The position numbers and the translations under genes are program-made. This document shows, in pieces, positions 17,514-24,449 of a DNA stretch of 64,000 bases. How positions within the stretch are numbered: the first letter of the stretch is position 1; each line of letters starts with the position of its first letter. Source of the DNA: Candidatus Aminicenantes bacterium (GTDB lineage: Bacteria; Acidobacteriota; Aminicenantia; Aminicenantales; Saccharicenantaceae); contig CAWART010000014.1 of assembly GCA_963784525.1 (NCBI GenBank), positions 23,884 to 87,883 of the forward strand. The letters run 5' to 3'. The notes below the pieces were generated by a model. That model was not told the DNA's origin and did not search any database. It was given only the letters and a program-made list of their open reading frames with translations.

Positions 17514-17678
17514 TGGCGTAGTTTTACCTCCATGAATTTTTCGTTGGTGGGAAGTGGTGACTCCGGCTCCGCCGGGCTCCGGCTTGTCCGCCGCGCGTTT
17601 TAAGGGTAATTCGGAGTGGACGCTACCGGCTCCGCCCTATCTCGAATCCGAGTGCCTATAAGCGGCTCGGATGAAAGA

Positions 17679-18083
17679 TCAGACCTTCGGGAGCTTGACC
17701 TTGAGCCTCTTTGCCATGAAAAGGATCTCCTGCAACGTGAGGAAAAAGTTGTCTTTTTTACAGGATTCCAGGAGGAACTTGGCTCCGGAGTCTTCGGCCT
17801 TTTCTGCGGAAGATAAGAGTTCGTTTGCGAAAGTCCGGACAGGATTCCTGAGGATCGGATTCGACTCGCTGAAAAGCTCGGACCCCCAATAGGCCCGGCG
17901 CAGCTGGAATTCCTTCGGGACAGACTCTAGAACTTTCACGATCTTGCCCTGGATGTCTTCTGAGATAGTCCCGGCACCGCCCTGCTCGATAACCCGAATC
18001 CAACTGAGGCTCACGCCGGAGCTTTTCGCCAGACCGGCCTGAGTGAATCCCTTCAATTCCCTGAGTTCCTTAAGTGTTTTCAT
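17679..18083 (-). CDS. XRE-family HTH regulator (repressor-like)
   Basis: LKELRELKGFTQAGLAKSSGVSLSWIRVIEQG is an HTH_3 pattern. ggagg RBS. Driven by a near-consensus promoter. Confidence 0.85.
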   Translation of the reverse strand: MKTLKELRELKGFTQAGLAKSSGVSLSWIRVIEQGGAGTISEDIQGKIVKVLESVPKEFQLRRAYWGSELFSESNPILRNPVRTFANELLSSAEKAEDSGAKFLLESCKKDNFFLTLQEILFMAKRLKVKLPKV

Positions 18084-18105
18084 TTTGTCCTCCTACCTCA
18101 ATAAC

Positions 18106-18134
18106 AATATACTACTACCACTACCACTTGTCAA
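18106..18134 (-). promoter_or_regulatory. Near-consensus sigma70 promoter of the XRE gene
   Basis: Minus strand: TTGACA (18134-18129), 17-nt spacer AGTGGTAGTGGTAGTAG (tandem GTGGTA repeats), TATATT (18111-18106). Confidence 0.65.
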
Positions 18135-18140
18135 GTAGAA

Positions 18141-18172
18141 AAATAAAAAGGCCGGGACCGAAGCCCCGGCCT
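18141..18172 (-). terminator. Rho-independent terminator (minus strand)
   Basis: Minus strand: GGCCGGG-gcttcggt-CCCGGCC hairpin followed by TTTTTATTTTT. Confidence 0.75.
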
Positions 18173-18194
18173 GAGAGACGCGAAGATTATCCCG

Positions 18195-18326
18195 CTAAAT
18201 CCCGGGAACCTCTTGCTTATAGAGCTCGACGATCGGTAGGGTCTTCAAGAGCTCTCCCGCCGTCCCGGATTTCGCGGGAGGATTCTCTAGCCGCTCGACG
18301 ATGAGCGCCAGGACCAGGCTGGCCAT
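18195..18326 (-). CDS. Small hydrophobic protein (43 aa), or C-terminal part of a frame-disrupted gene
   Basis: Below the ORF-track cutoff; read by hand: MASLVLALIVERLENPPAKSGTAGELLKTLPIVELYKQEVPGI. The same frame stays protein-like upstream without an ATG (FGIQFWPGGKPIGSTYTTGII). The terminator follows. Confidence 0.3.
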   Translation of the reverse strand: MASLVLALIVERLENPPAKSGTAGELLKTLPIVELYKQEVPGI

Positions 18327-18352
18327 GATGATCCCCGTCGTGTACGTGGATC

Positions 18353-18577
18353 CTATCGGCTTTCCTCCCGGCCAGAATTGGATCCCGAATTGCTGAGGCG
18401 CGATATTTCAAAAATCTTGCAGAGCTGAAATATGATCGCCATTTCCTCAGCCTGATTACGGTTCCTCCCCTCTTGGACTTCGGCCTCGATCCACTCCCGC
18501 CATGCAGCACGGAGCGCGGCCTTCATTTCTGATTCTTTTTTCAATCCCTTCAACGTTCTAATCAAGTGTGTCTCCAT
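18353..18577 (-). CDS. Hypothetical phage protein
   Basis: The 74-aa ORF has a plausible helical sequence (KAALRAAWREWIEAEVQEGRNRNQAEEMAIIFQLCKIFEI). The tail (SNSGSNSGREESR) looks out of frame. Confidence 0.4.
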   Translation of the reverse strand: METHLIRTLKGLKKESEMKAALRAAWREWIEAEVQEGRNRNQAEEMAIIFQLCKIFEISRLSNSGSNSGREESR

Positions 18578-18605
18578 TGACTCGCAGCATGCCTTGCGGT
18601 ATGCT
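18577..18605 (+). promoter_or_regulatory. Orphan sigma70-like promoter pointing against the surrounding genes
   Basis: TTGACT (18577-18582), 17-nt spacer, TATGCT (18600-18605). The spacer and -10 carry the inverted repeat CAGCAT...ATGCTG. Confidence 0.5.
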
Positions 18606-18611
18606 GAAACC

Positions 18612-18691
18612 GGGTTGGTAACGACCCCAGGGCAAAGCTAACCACAGAGCCCTGACGGGCGGGTTTCTTCGGGAGCCCGCCCCCTTTTTTT
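18612..18691 (+). ncRNA. Candidate ~80-nt small RNA (promoter + intrinsic terminator, no ORF)
   Basis: Starts just after the 18577-18605 promoter. Internal stem CAGGGC-15 nt-GCCCTG. Ends in GGGCGGG-12 nt-CCCGCCC (18657-18682) followed by T7 (18685-18691). Ends are predicted, not measured. Confidence 0.4.
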
Positions 18692-18700
18692 ACAGTCAAA

Positions 18701-18889
18701 TCAGACTCCTTTCTGCCTTTTTAAGAATTCGCGTAATAGGTTCCGGGCAAGGTTTCCCGGCTTGTATTTCCCAGCGAACCAGCCGACGACCGTTTGACTG
18801 TGGATGCCTAGTTCCTTTGAAATACGATCGTAAGACCAACCAGACCTCTTCTTAAACTTCTTCAATTCCTCGAGCTCTTTATCTTCCAT
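18701..18889 (-). CDS. Small HTH DNA-binding protein (Cro/excisionase-like size)
   Basis: 62 aa. SGWSYDRISKELGIHSQTVVGWFAGKYKP is a helix-turn-helix pattern. ggaggg RBS. Confidence 0.65.
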   Translation of the reverse strand: MEDKELEELKKFKKRSGWSYDRISKELGIHSQTVVGWFAGKYKPGNLARNLLREFLKRQKGV

Positions 18890-18909
18890 TATTCCCTCCG
18901 TTATTCATA

Positions 18910-18975
18910 TAAATAATCCTATTAATATCTCTTGTCAAGAAATATTTTGACTTCCTTTTTGAGATTTATTAGACT
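18910..18975. promoter_or_regulatory. Back-to-back divergent promoters (switch-like region)
   Basis: Minus: TTGACA (18938-18933), 17 nt, TATTTA (18915-18910). Plus: TTGACT (18947-18952), 17 nt, TAGACT (18970-18975). The two -35 boxes form the inverted repeat TGTCAAgaaatattTTGACt. Confidence 0.55.
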
Positions 18976-19006
18976 GAGCAAGAATTTAAGCAAAGGGGTA
19001 GTTGGC

Positions 19007-19321
19007 ATGTCTCTATTGGGTCTGGTGTGGCTAATATTTACTTTTCTTTTTACGTTATTGGCGTTCTTAAGCTTTCGACAGGCGGAAAGAAAGATGAGCG
19101 GGATTACCCCCGTATCAAGACCGGAGGCCTATCTTGGCGAAGTGGAAATCTTAGGTATGGATCTCGATCAGCCGCTTAAAGAGTTCATTAAGGAATTCAA
19201 CAATTATCTTAAGAGTTACAACCATTCGACAAAACTTCAATACTTGTTGGCCGCCTGGGGATATGTTGCAGCTGGCCTTGTGTCCCTTGTTTCATTGGCG
19301 CTTTCTGAAGGATGGATTTAA
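19007..19321 (+). CDS. Small two-helix membrane protein, unknown function
   Basis: ATG at 19007 follows aaagggg. MSLLGLVWLIFTFLFTLLAFLSF and YLLAAWGYVAAGLVSLVSLAL are hydrophobic helices. The track start at 18932 lies inside the promoter. Confidence 0.6.
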   Translation: MSLLGLVWLIFTFLFTLLAFLSFRQAERKMSGITPVSRPEAYLGEVEILGMDLDQPLKEFIKEFNNYLKSYNHSTKLQYLLAAWGYVAAGLVSLVSLALSEGWI

Positions 19322-19350
19322 TAAAATATCGGTCGATTAAGGAGGTTGCT

Positions 19351-19536
19351 ATGCCACAATTTAAGCAGGGTGATGTAGTCGAATTAAAATCTGGAGGGCC
19401 TGATATGACCGTCTCCTCCACAGCGGGAAACGAACGTGTTGAGTGTATTTGGTTCTCAGGGAATGAGCCCAAGGTTCACACATTTGCCGAGCCGGTGCTC
19501 AAGCTCGTAAAAAAGAGTGCGGAGACATCTAGCTGA
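19351..19536 (+). CDS. DUF2158 (YodC-like) small protein
   Basis: aggagg RBS, then MPQFKQGDVVELKSGGPDMTVSS...VECIWFSGNE. The FKxGDxVxLKSGGPxMTV...CxWF pattern is as I recall for DUF2158. Confidence 0.65.
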   Translation: MPQFKQGDVVELKSGGPDMTVSSTAGNERVECIWFSGNEPKVHTFAEPVLKLVKKSAETSS

Positions 19537-19556
19537 ATCTAGGTATTTATAGGGAT

Positions 19557-20057
19557 TTATTTTTTTAGCTTTGAATTTAGTGCGTTGCTTTTATCCAGCA
19601 AATCGACGGGGTTCTTGAAGGGAGGCATTGCAAAAGTAAATACGGTTTTGCCCGGGCCATTAGATATAGAAAAATCGCCCAGCTGAATAATATTCATTCC
19701 TATCAATAGATCAATCCCGGGCGTGTTAATATCACATTCGGTCACTTGCACGTCTCGAATTGCGAACCTATTAGGCAATCCGATGTCCACGATATAAGTA
19801 TCGACTATTTTTTCGCTATTGACCCCTCGTACAATTGCTTTCCCCGTAGGGCTCAAACTCAGCGTTTTGACCACGTTTGAAGTAATAACCGTATTGGTGG
19901 CCCCGGTATCCCAGATACAGCGGACTTCCATCCAATCCGTAGCTGTCCCCCCGGAGATAGCGGTTGGCAACCTGATTGCTCCCTCTGTGACTAAAGTAGG
20001 GACAACGCGCTTATATGTGACCCTAAATGCGCGATGAAACGAGGACGGCCTTATCAT
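19557..20057 (-). CDS. Retropepsin-like (clan AA) aspartic protease
   Basis: 166 aa. Active-site IWDTGATNTVIT (D-T-G-A) and GIDLLIGMNIIQLG (the retropepsin G-x-D-x-LLG-x-D/N motif). About 40% G+C by spot count. Confidence 0.75.
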   Translation of the reverse strand: MIRPSSFHRAFRVTYKRVVPTLVTEGAIRLPTAISGGTATDWMEVRCIWDTGATNTVITSNVVKTLSLSPTGKAIVRGVNSEKIVDTYIVDIGLPNRFAIRDVQVTECDINTPGIDLLIGMNIIQLGDFSISNGPGKTVFTFAMPPFKNPVDLLDKSNALNSKLKK

Positions 20058-20064
20058 GCAGGGC

Positions 20065-20298
20065 TTATATACAGACCCTAGAATGAAATCGTTGGGTATA
20101 ATCTTCTTCTTTATCTGAGATCTGCTGTATAAGGAATGTGCCTAAGGGATACGCTTTCGCCGAAGTTCCTAAAGCGTCCTGGAGTGTCTCATAGACCCCT
20201 ACAACCTCCTCGTCCTTAATAACTATAAACTTCCCCGGGTACTTCTTTATTAACTCTTCCTTATTCGCAAGAAAGAACTGGTACTCTTTTTCTAACAT
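20065..20298 (-). CDS. Small partner protein, DUF5678-like (antitoxin-sized)
   Basis: 77 aa, 7 nt upstream of the protease gene. FLANKEELIKKYPGKFIVIKDEEVVGVYETLQDAL matches my memory of the DUF5678 pattern (KY-GK-hVAI-D--VV); needs HMM confirmation. Confidence 0.55.
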   Translation of the reverse strand: MLEKEYQFFLANKEELIKKYPGKFIVIKDEEVVGVYETLQDALGTSAKAYPLGTFLIQQISDKEEDYTQRFHSRVCI

Positions 20299-20387
20299 TT
20301 TATCCCTCTGTTATTTTATCAATGCGTAGCGATTTTTGTCAATTCTTTTCTCGCTCGAACGTCAGTTTTCACTAGGGGAAGCGACCC

Positions 20388-20411
20388 CCTTTTTGTGACC
20401 GTTTTGTGACA
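20388..20411 (+). repeat. 24-bp repeat copy 2 (candidate arm-type integrase site)
   Basis: Identical to 11755-11778. Lies 110 nt inside the tRNA-proximal att copy. Confidence 0.6.
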
Positions 20412-20520
20412 GATTAGATTGAAAAGCGCTGAAATCTAGGCTTTAGGACGGAAAGACGGACGGCCCGGACCTTGCATGGTAGGTCCATCGTAAGTATCTG
20501 ATTTCCAATAGAGATAAGGT

Positions 20521-20575
20521 ATGCCGGAGGAGGGGATCGAACCCACACCCGAGTTGCCCCGGACGGGATTTTGAG
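20521..20575 (-). repeat. att repeat, tRNA-proximal copy
   Basis: Covers tRNA-Leu from the first anticodon-loop nucleotide to the discriminator, plus 1 nt. Confidence 0.9.
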
Positions 20576-20607
20576 TCCCGCGCGTCTGCCAGTTCCGCCA
20601 CTCCGGC
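20522..20607 (-). tRNA. tRNA-Leu (anticodon CAA), type II with long variable arm
   Basis: Hand-folded. Acceptor GCCGGAG/CTCCGGC. Anticodon arm CGGGA-CTCAAAA-TCCCG. Variable stem CCGG/TCGG. T arm GTGGG-TTCGATC-CCCTC with one U-U mismatch. No encoded CCA. Confidence 0.85.
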
Positions 20608-20700
20608 GCGCCGGACTGAATATAGACGAAATCTCCCCCCTTTTCAATCCTCCGTTTGACCTTCCGGTCCCTTTTAATTACAATCCATGCGGCAAGGCAC

Positions 20701-21711
20701 ATGAATACGAGCAGAGCGGAGAGAGAGAAGCTTCTCGGTTATATTGACCGGTTCGAGGGGTTGCGCGTCGCCGTCTGGGGCGACCTCATCCTCGACGAGC
20801 ACCTCTACGGGACGACCCACCGCATCTCCCGCGAGGCCCCGGTCCTCATCCTGACCTACAAAGGGCAGGAGTATTCCCTGGGCGGAGCGGGCAACGCCAT
20901 CCAGAACCTGAAGTCCCTGGGAGCCTACCCGGTTCCCGTCGGCGTCGTCGGCAGGGACGCGGAGGGACGCCGGGTGCTGAGCCTCCTGAGGTCCAGAGGC
21001 ATCCCCACCGGGCACATCATTCAGGAACGGGGCTATCGGACGCCCCTGAAGACGCGGATCATGGCCGGCGAGGAGAACACGCGCAAACAGCAGATCCTGC
21101 GCATCGACCGCGAAGGCCGTGTCCCCGACTCCCCCGCCCTGACCAAGCGGGTCCGCAGGTCCGTCGACGCCGTCATCCGGGAATGCGCCGCCCTCCTCGT
21201 CTCCGACTATCACTATGACACCGTCAAGGAGGGCATCTACGCGGAGGTCCTCCCCGCGGCGGTCGCCGCCCGCGTCCCCGTCGCCGTCGATTCGCGGTTC
21301 CGGCTGATGCGCTTCGCCGGGGCGACGGTCGCGACCCCGAACGAGTCCGAGATCGAATCCGCCCTCGGCGTCGCGACCGGAGGGAGTGACGCGGCCCTGC
21401 GCGAGGCCTCGACGAAGGTCCTGAGAAAGCTCCGGTCCCCCGCCCTGCTCGTGACCCGCGGCTCGCGCGGCATGGTCCTCTTCGAAAAGGGCCGGCCGCC
21501 CTTCCCCATCCCCGTCCGCGGAACGACCGACATCGTCGACGTGACCGGGGCCGGCGACACCGTCATCAGCATCTTCACCCTCGCCCTGGCCGCCGGGGCC
21601 TCGTTCCGCGAGGCCGCCGAGCTGGCCAACTTCGGCGGAGGCGTCGTCGTCATGAAGAAGGGCGCCGCCGCGCTCAGCCCGCGGGAGCTCAGACAGGCGA
21701 TCCGATCTTGA
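20701..21711 (+). CDS. hldA: D-glycero-beta-D-manno-heptose-7-phosphate kinase (RfaE domain I, PfkB family)
   Basis: ATG at 20701. [15 protein letters not shown] and [12 protein letters not shown] (PfkB motif). Adjacent to the adenylyltransferase gene. Confidence 0.85.
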   Translation: MNTSRAEREKLLGYIDRFEGLRVAVWGDLILDEHLYGTTHRISREAPVLILTYKGQEYSLGGAGNAIQNLKSLGAYPVPVGVVGRDAEGRRVLSLLRSRGIPTGHIIQERGYRTPLKTRIMAGEENTRKQQILRIDREGRVPDSPALTKRVRRSVDAVIRECAALLVSDYHYDTVKEGIYAEVLPAAVAARVPVAVDSRFRLMRFAGATVATPNESEIESALGVATGGSDAALREASTKVLRKLRSPALLVTRGSRGMVLFEKGRPPFPIPVRGTTDIVDVTGAGDTVISIFTLALAAGASFREAAELANFGGGVVVMKKGAAALSPRELRQAIRS

Positions 21712-22199
21712 GACCCAGGAAGCTCCGGACCCTCTCCGCGCTCGCGAGGATCGCCGCCGCCGAAAGGCGGAGGGGACGCCGCGTCGTCCTGGCCAACGGC
21801 TGTTTCGACCTCATCCACGTCGGGCACGTCCGATACCTCCGGGGCGCCGCGGCGGAGGGCGACGTCCTCATCGTGGCCTTGAACGGAGACGCGTCGGTCC
21901 GGGCGCTCAAGGGCCCCGGGAGGCCGCTCATGCCGGAAGCCGAGAGGGCCGAGATGCTCGCGGCCCTCTCCTGTGTCGACTACGTCACCATCTTCCGCGA
22001 ACTTAACGTCGAAAAGGTCCTCAAGGCCCTTCGCCCGGACGTCCATGCCAAAGGCTCGGATTATACGGTCGACACGGTCCCGGAACGGGAGACCGTCAGG
22101 GCGCTGGGCGGCAAGGTCCGGATCGCCGGCGGGCCCAAGGTCCGCTCGACGCGGGACATCATAGGGTTCGTTGCCGGACGGAAGGAGACGTGTGGATAA
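21708..22199 (+). CDS. hldC: D-glycero-beta-D-manno-heptose-1-phosphate adenylyltransferase (RfaE domain II)
   Basis: [19 protein letters not shown] cytidylyltransferase HxGH motif. TTGA overlap with hldA. Confidence 0.85.
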   Translation: MRPRKLRTLSALARIAAAERRRGRRVVLANGCFDLIHVGHVRYLRGAAAEGDVLIVALNGDASVRALKGPGRPLMPEAERAEMLAALSCVDYVTIFRELNVEKVLKALRPDVHAKGSDYTVDTVPERETVRALGGKVRIAGGPKVRSTRDIIGFVAGRKETCG

Positions 22200-23184
22200 T
22201 TTCCTCATCATCCGGCTGAGCTCGCTCGGGGACATCATCCACGCCATCCCCGCCTTCGCGGTCCTGCGCCGCGGGTTCCCCGACGCCCGCATCTCCTGGA
22301 TCGTCGATAAGGCCGGGAGCGAGATATTGGACCTGGTGCCGGGGCTGGATGAGATCATCATCCGCCGCGACATCGGCTGGTTCCGGCGCCTCAGGCTCAG
22401 GGACCGGACGGCCATCGATGTCCAGGGCCTCTTGAAATCCGCCCTCCTCGGCCGGCTTTCGGGAGCGCGACGCCGCATCGGATTCTCCGGGAGGAATCTC
22501 AAGGAGCCCGCGGCGGCGGTCTTCTATAACGAAAGGCTCGCCGCGTTCGAGGAGACGGGCCACGTCATCGGCAAGAACATCCGTCTGCTCGAAAAGCTGG
22601 GCCTGGAACCGGGCGCGGACGGGTACGAGTTCCCCCTCGTCGTCCCCGAGACCCCCCGTTGCCGCGTGGCCAGCGCTCTCGAGCGGCTGGGCCGGACGCC
22701 GGAGCAGAAGGTCGTTCTCTGCAACGTCGGGGCGGCGTGGGAAAGCAAGCGGTGGCCGGCCGAGCGGTGGATGGAGCTCGTCCCTTCGCTCACAAGAATG
22801 GACCTCTTCCCGCTCCTTCTTTGGGGGAACGCCGCCGAGAAACAGACCGCCCAGGCGATCGCGGATCGAACGGGCGTCCCCGCGGCCCCGTTCTTCACGA
22901 TCCCGGAGGTTCTGGCCCTCATCGCGGCCTCCAGGCTTCTCATCAGCGGGGACACCTTCGCCCTGCAGGCGGCCTGCGCCCTTGACGTCCCGGTCGTCGG
23001 CCTGTTCGGTCCGACCAACGCGAAGCGCAACGGGCCCTTCCGGGAGCGGGACAGGACGGCTCAGGCCTCGATGGAATGCCGTCCCTGCTGGAAGAGGGAA
23101 TGCCCGACGATGGCCTGCTTGAGCGCCATCACCGCCGCGGAAGTCGCCGGACTCGTCAGGGAGGTCCTGGGCCGGAATGACTGA
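22192..23184 (+). CDS. Family 9 glycosyltransferase (LPS heptosyltransferase-like)
   Basis: [37 protein letters not shown] and [14 protein letters not shown]. Start set at the GTG after ggaaggaga. Confidence 0.85.
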   Translation: MDNFLIIRLSSLGDIIHAIPAFAVLRRGFPDARISWIVDKAGSEILDLVPGLDEIIIRRDIGWFRRLRLRDRTAIDVQGLLKSALLGRLSGARRRIGFSGRNLKEPAAAVFYNERLAAFEETGHVIGKNIRLLEKLGLEPGADGYEFPLVVPETPRCRVASALERLGRTPEQKVVLCNVGAAWESKRWPAERWMELVPSLTRMDLFPLLLWGNAAEKQTAQAIADRTGVPAAPFFTIPEVLALIAASRLLISGDTFALQAACALDVPVVGLFGPTNAKRNGPFRERDRTAQASMECRPCWKRECPTMACLSAITAAEVAGLVREVLGRND

Positions 23185-23740
23185 ACGAAAGCTCCGCGAG
23201 TGCCTTTACCGCTGGCGCGTCCGCGCGGGAACGCCGGCGCTCGTCGGGGCCCTCCTCCTCGCACGCCCGTCCCCGGAGAGCCTCGCCGCCGGGATCGCCC
23301 TGAGCCTTTTCGGGCTTGGCCTGCGGGCCTGGGCGGCGGGCCATCTCCGGAAGGAACGGGAGCTCGCGGTCTCCGGGCCCTACCGGTTCACCCGCAATCC
23401 CCTCTACCTCGGCACCCTCCTCATCGCGGCGGGCATGGCCGCGGCGGCGCGGTCGTGGTGGGCCGTCGCGCTTCTGGGCGCCTACTTCGCCGTTTTTTAC
23501 CCGGTCATCGTATGGGAAGAGAGGGACCGGATGCGGGCGCTTTTCCCCGGGGTTTACGGGCCCTTCGAAAAGGCCGTGCCCCTCTTCTTCCCGATCCCGG
23601 GCCGAACGGGCGAAGGCAACGGCGCCCGCTTCGACGGCGGGCTCTTCCGGAAGAACAAGGAGCTCCGGGCCGTCATCGGGACCGTCGCGTTCTGGGGCCT
23701 GATGGTCCTGAAGATGCTCGTCATCCGCTGGCCCCGCTAG
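23177..23740 (+). CDS. Isoprenylcysteine carboxyl / phospholipid methyltransferase-family membrane protein
   Basis: SGPYRFTRNPLYLGTLLIAAG motif and several TM helices. Confidence 0.8.
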   Translation: MTERKLRECLYRWRVRAGTPALVGALLLARPSPESLAAGIALSLFGLGLRAWAAGHLRKERELAVSGPYRFTRNPLYLGTLLIAAGMAAAARSWWAVALLGAYFAVFYPVIVWEERDRMRALFPGVYGPFEKAVPLFFPIPGRTGEGNGARFDGGLFRKNKELRAVIGTVAFWGLMVLKMLVIRWPR

Positions 23741-23780
23741 CGCCCCCGCGGTTGCATCCCCCATCCCGGTCTGCTATAAC

Positions 23781-24377
23781 GTGCCCATGGCGACGGACAA
23801 AAGGATCGCGAGGATCGAAGGGGTATTATCGAGGCGCCAGCCGGACCTCCGGGTGGTCCTCGAGGGGGTGACCATCGCCCACAACGCCTGCGCCGTCATC
23901 CGGACATGCGACGCCGCGGGCATCCTCTACCTCGACCTCATTGCGCCGAACCCCGAACTGCTCCGGTTCAACGAGGCCATTACGACACGGACGGAGAAGT
24001 GGCTCGAGATCGGTGTCCACGCGTCGGCGCAGGAGTGTCTCTCCGGCCTGAAGGCGCGGGGATTTACGATCGTCGCGACGCGGCTTGCCGACGACGCGGT
24101 CCCCTACACCGAGGTCGACTACGGGGGGCCGACGGCACTCGTCTTCGGGAGCGAGTCGGACGGAATCTCCGACGAGGCCCTCGCCTTCGCCGATCGCGTC
24201 ATCCGCATCCCGATGGTGGGCATGGTTCAGAGCCTCAATCTTTCCGTCTCCGTCGCCGTCGTCCTTTATGAAGCGTTCCGCCAGAGACAGGCCCTGGGCC
24301 GTTTCGAGACCTCCCGCCTTTCCCCGGCCGACTTCGAGGCGCTCAAGGACAAATGGCTCAGGAACTCGAAGCCCTGA
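23781..24377 (+). CDS. trmH: SpoU/TrmH-family RNA 2'-O-methyltransferase
   Basis: HNACAVIRTCDAAGI, LVFGSESDGISDEAL and IPMVGMVQSLNLSVSVAVVLYE are SpoU motifs 1-3. An ATG at 23787 is an alternative start. Confidence 0.8.
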   Translation: MPMATDKRIARIEGVLSRRQPDLRVVLEGVTIAHNACAVIRTCDAAGILYLDLIAPNPELLRFNEAITTRTEKWLEIGVHASAQECLSGLKARGFTIVATRLADDAVPYTEVDYGGPTALVFGSESDGISDEALAFADRVIRIPMVGMVQSLNLSVSVAVVLYEAFRQRQALGRFETSRLSPADFEALKDKWLRNSKP

Positions 24378-24449
24378 AAAAAGAAGGGGACGGGAACCCA
24401 CGGTCCCCGTCCCCTTATAGAGAGATGGATACAGGAGCAGGCGTCTTTG

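Larger units (their letters stand above)
11624..20575 (-). mobile_element. 8.95-kb integrative phage-like element (satellite-like or prophage remnant) in tRNA-Leu(CAA)
   Basis: Perfect 55-bp direct repeats at 11624-11678 and 20521-20575. The repeat is the anticodon loop to the 3' end of the tRNA. Integrase, terminase, capsid and regulator genes lie between the copies. G+C is lower than the flanks by spot counts. Confidence 0.85.

Noticed and set aside
18217-18510. 97-aa track ORF
   Set aside because: The sequence is Arg/Gly/His-rich and improbable. The other two frames over the same DNA look protein-like and fit the flanking promoter and terminator signals.
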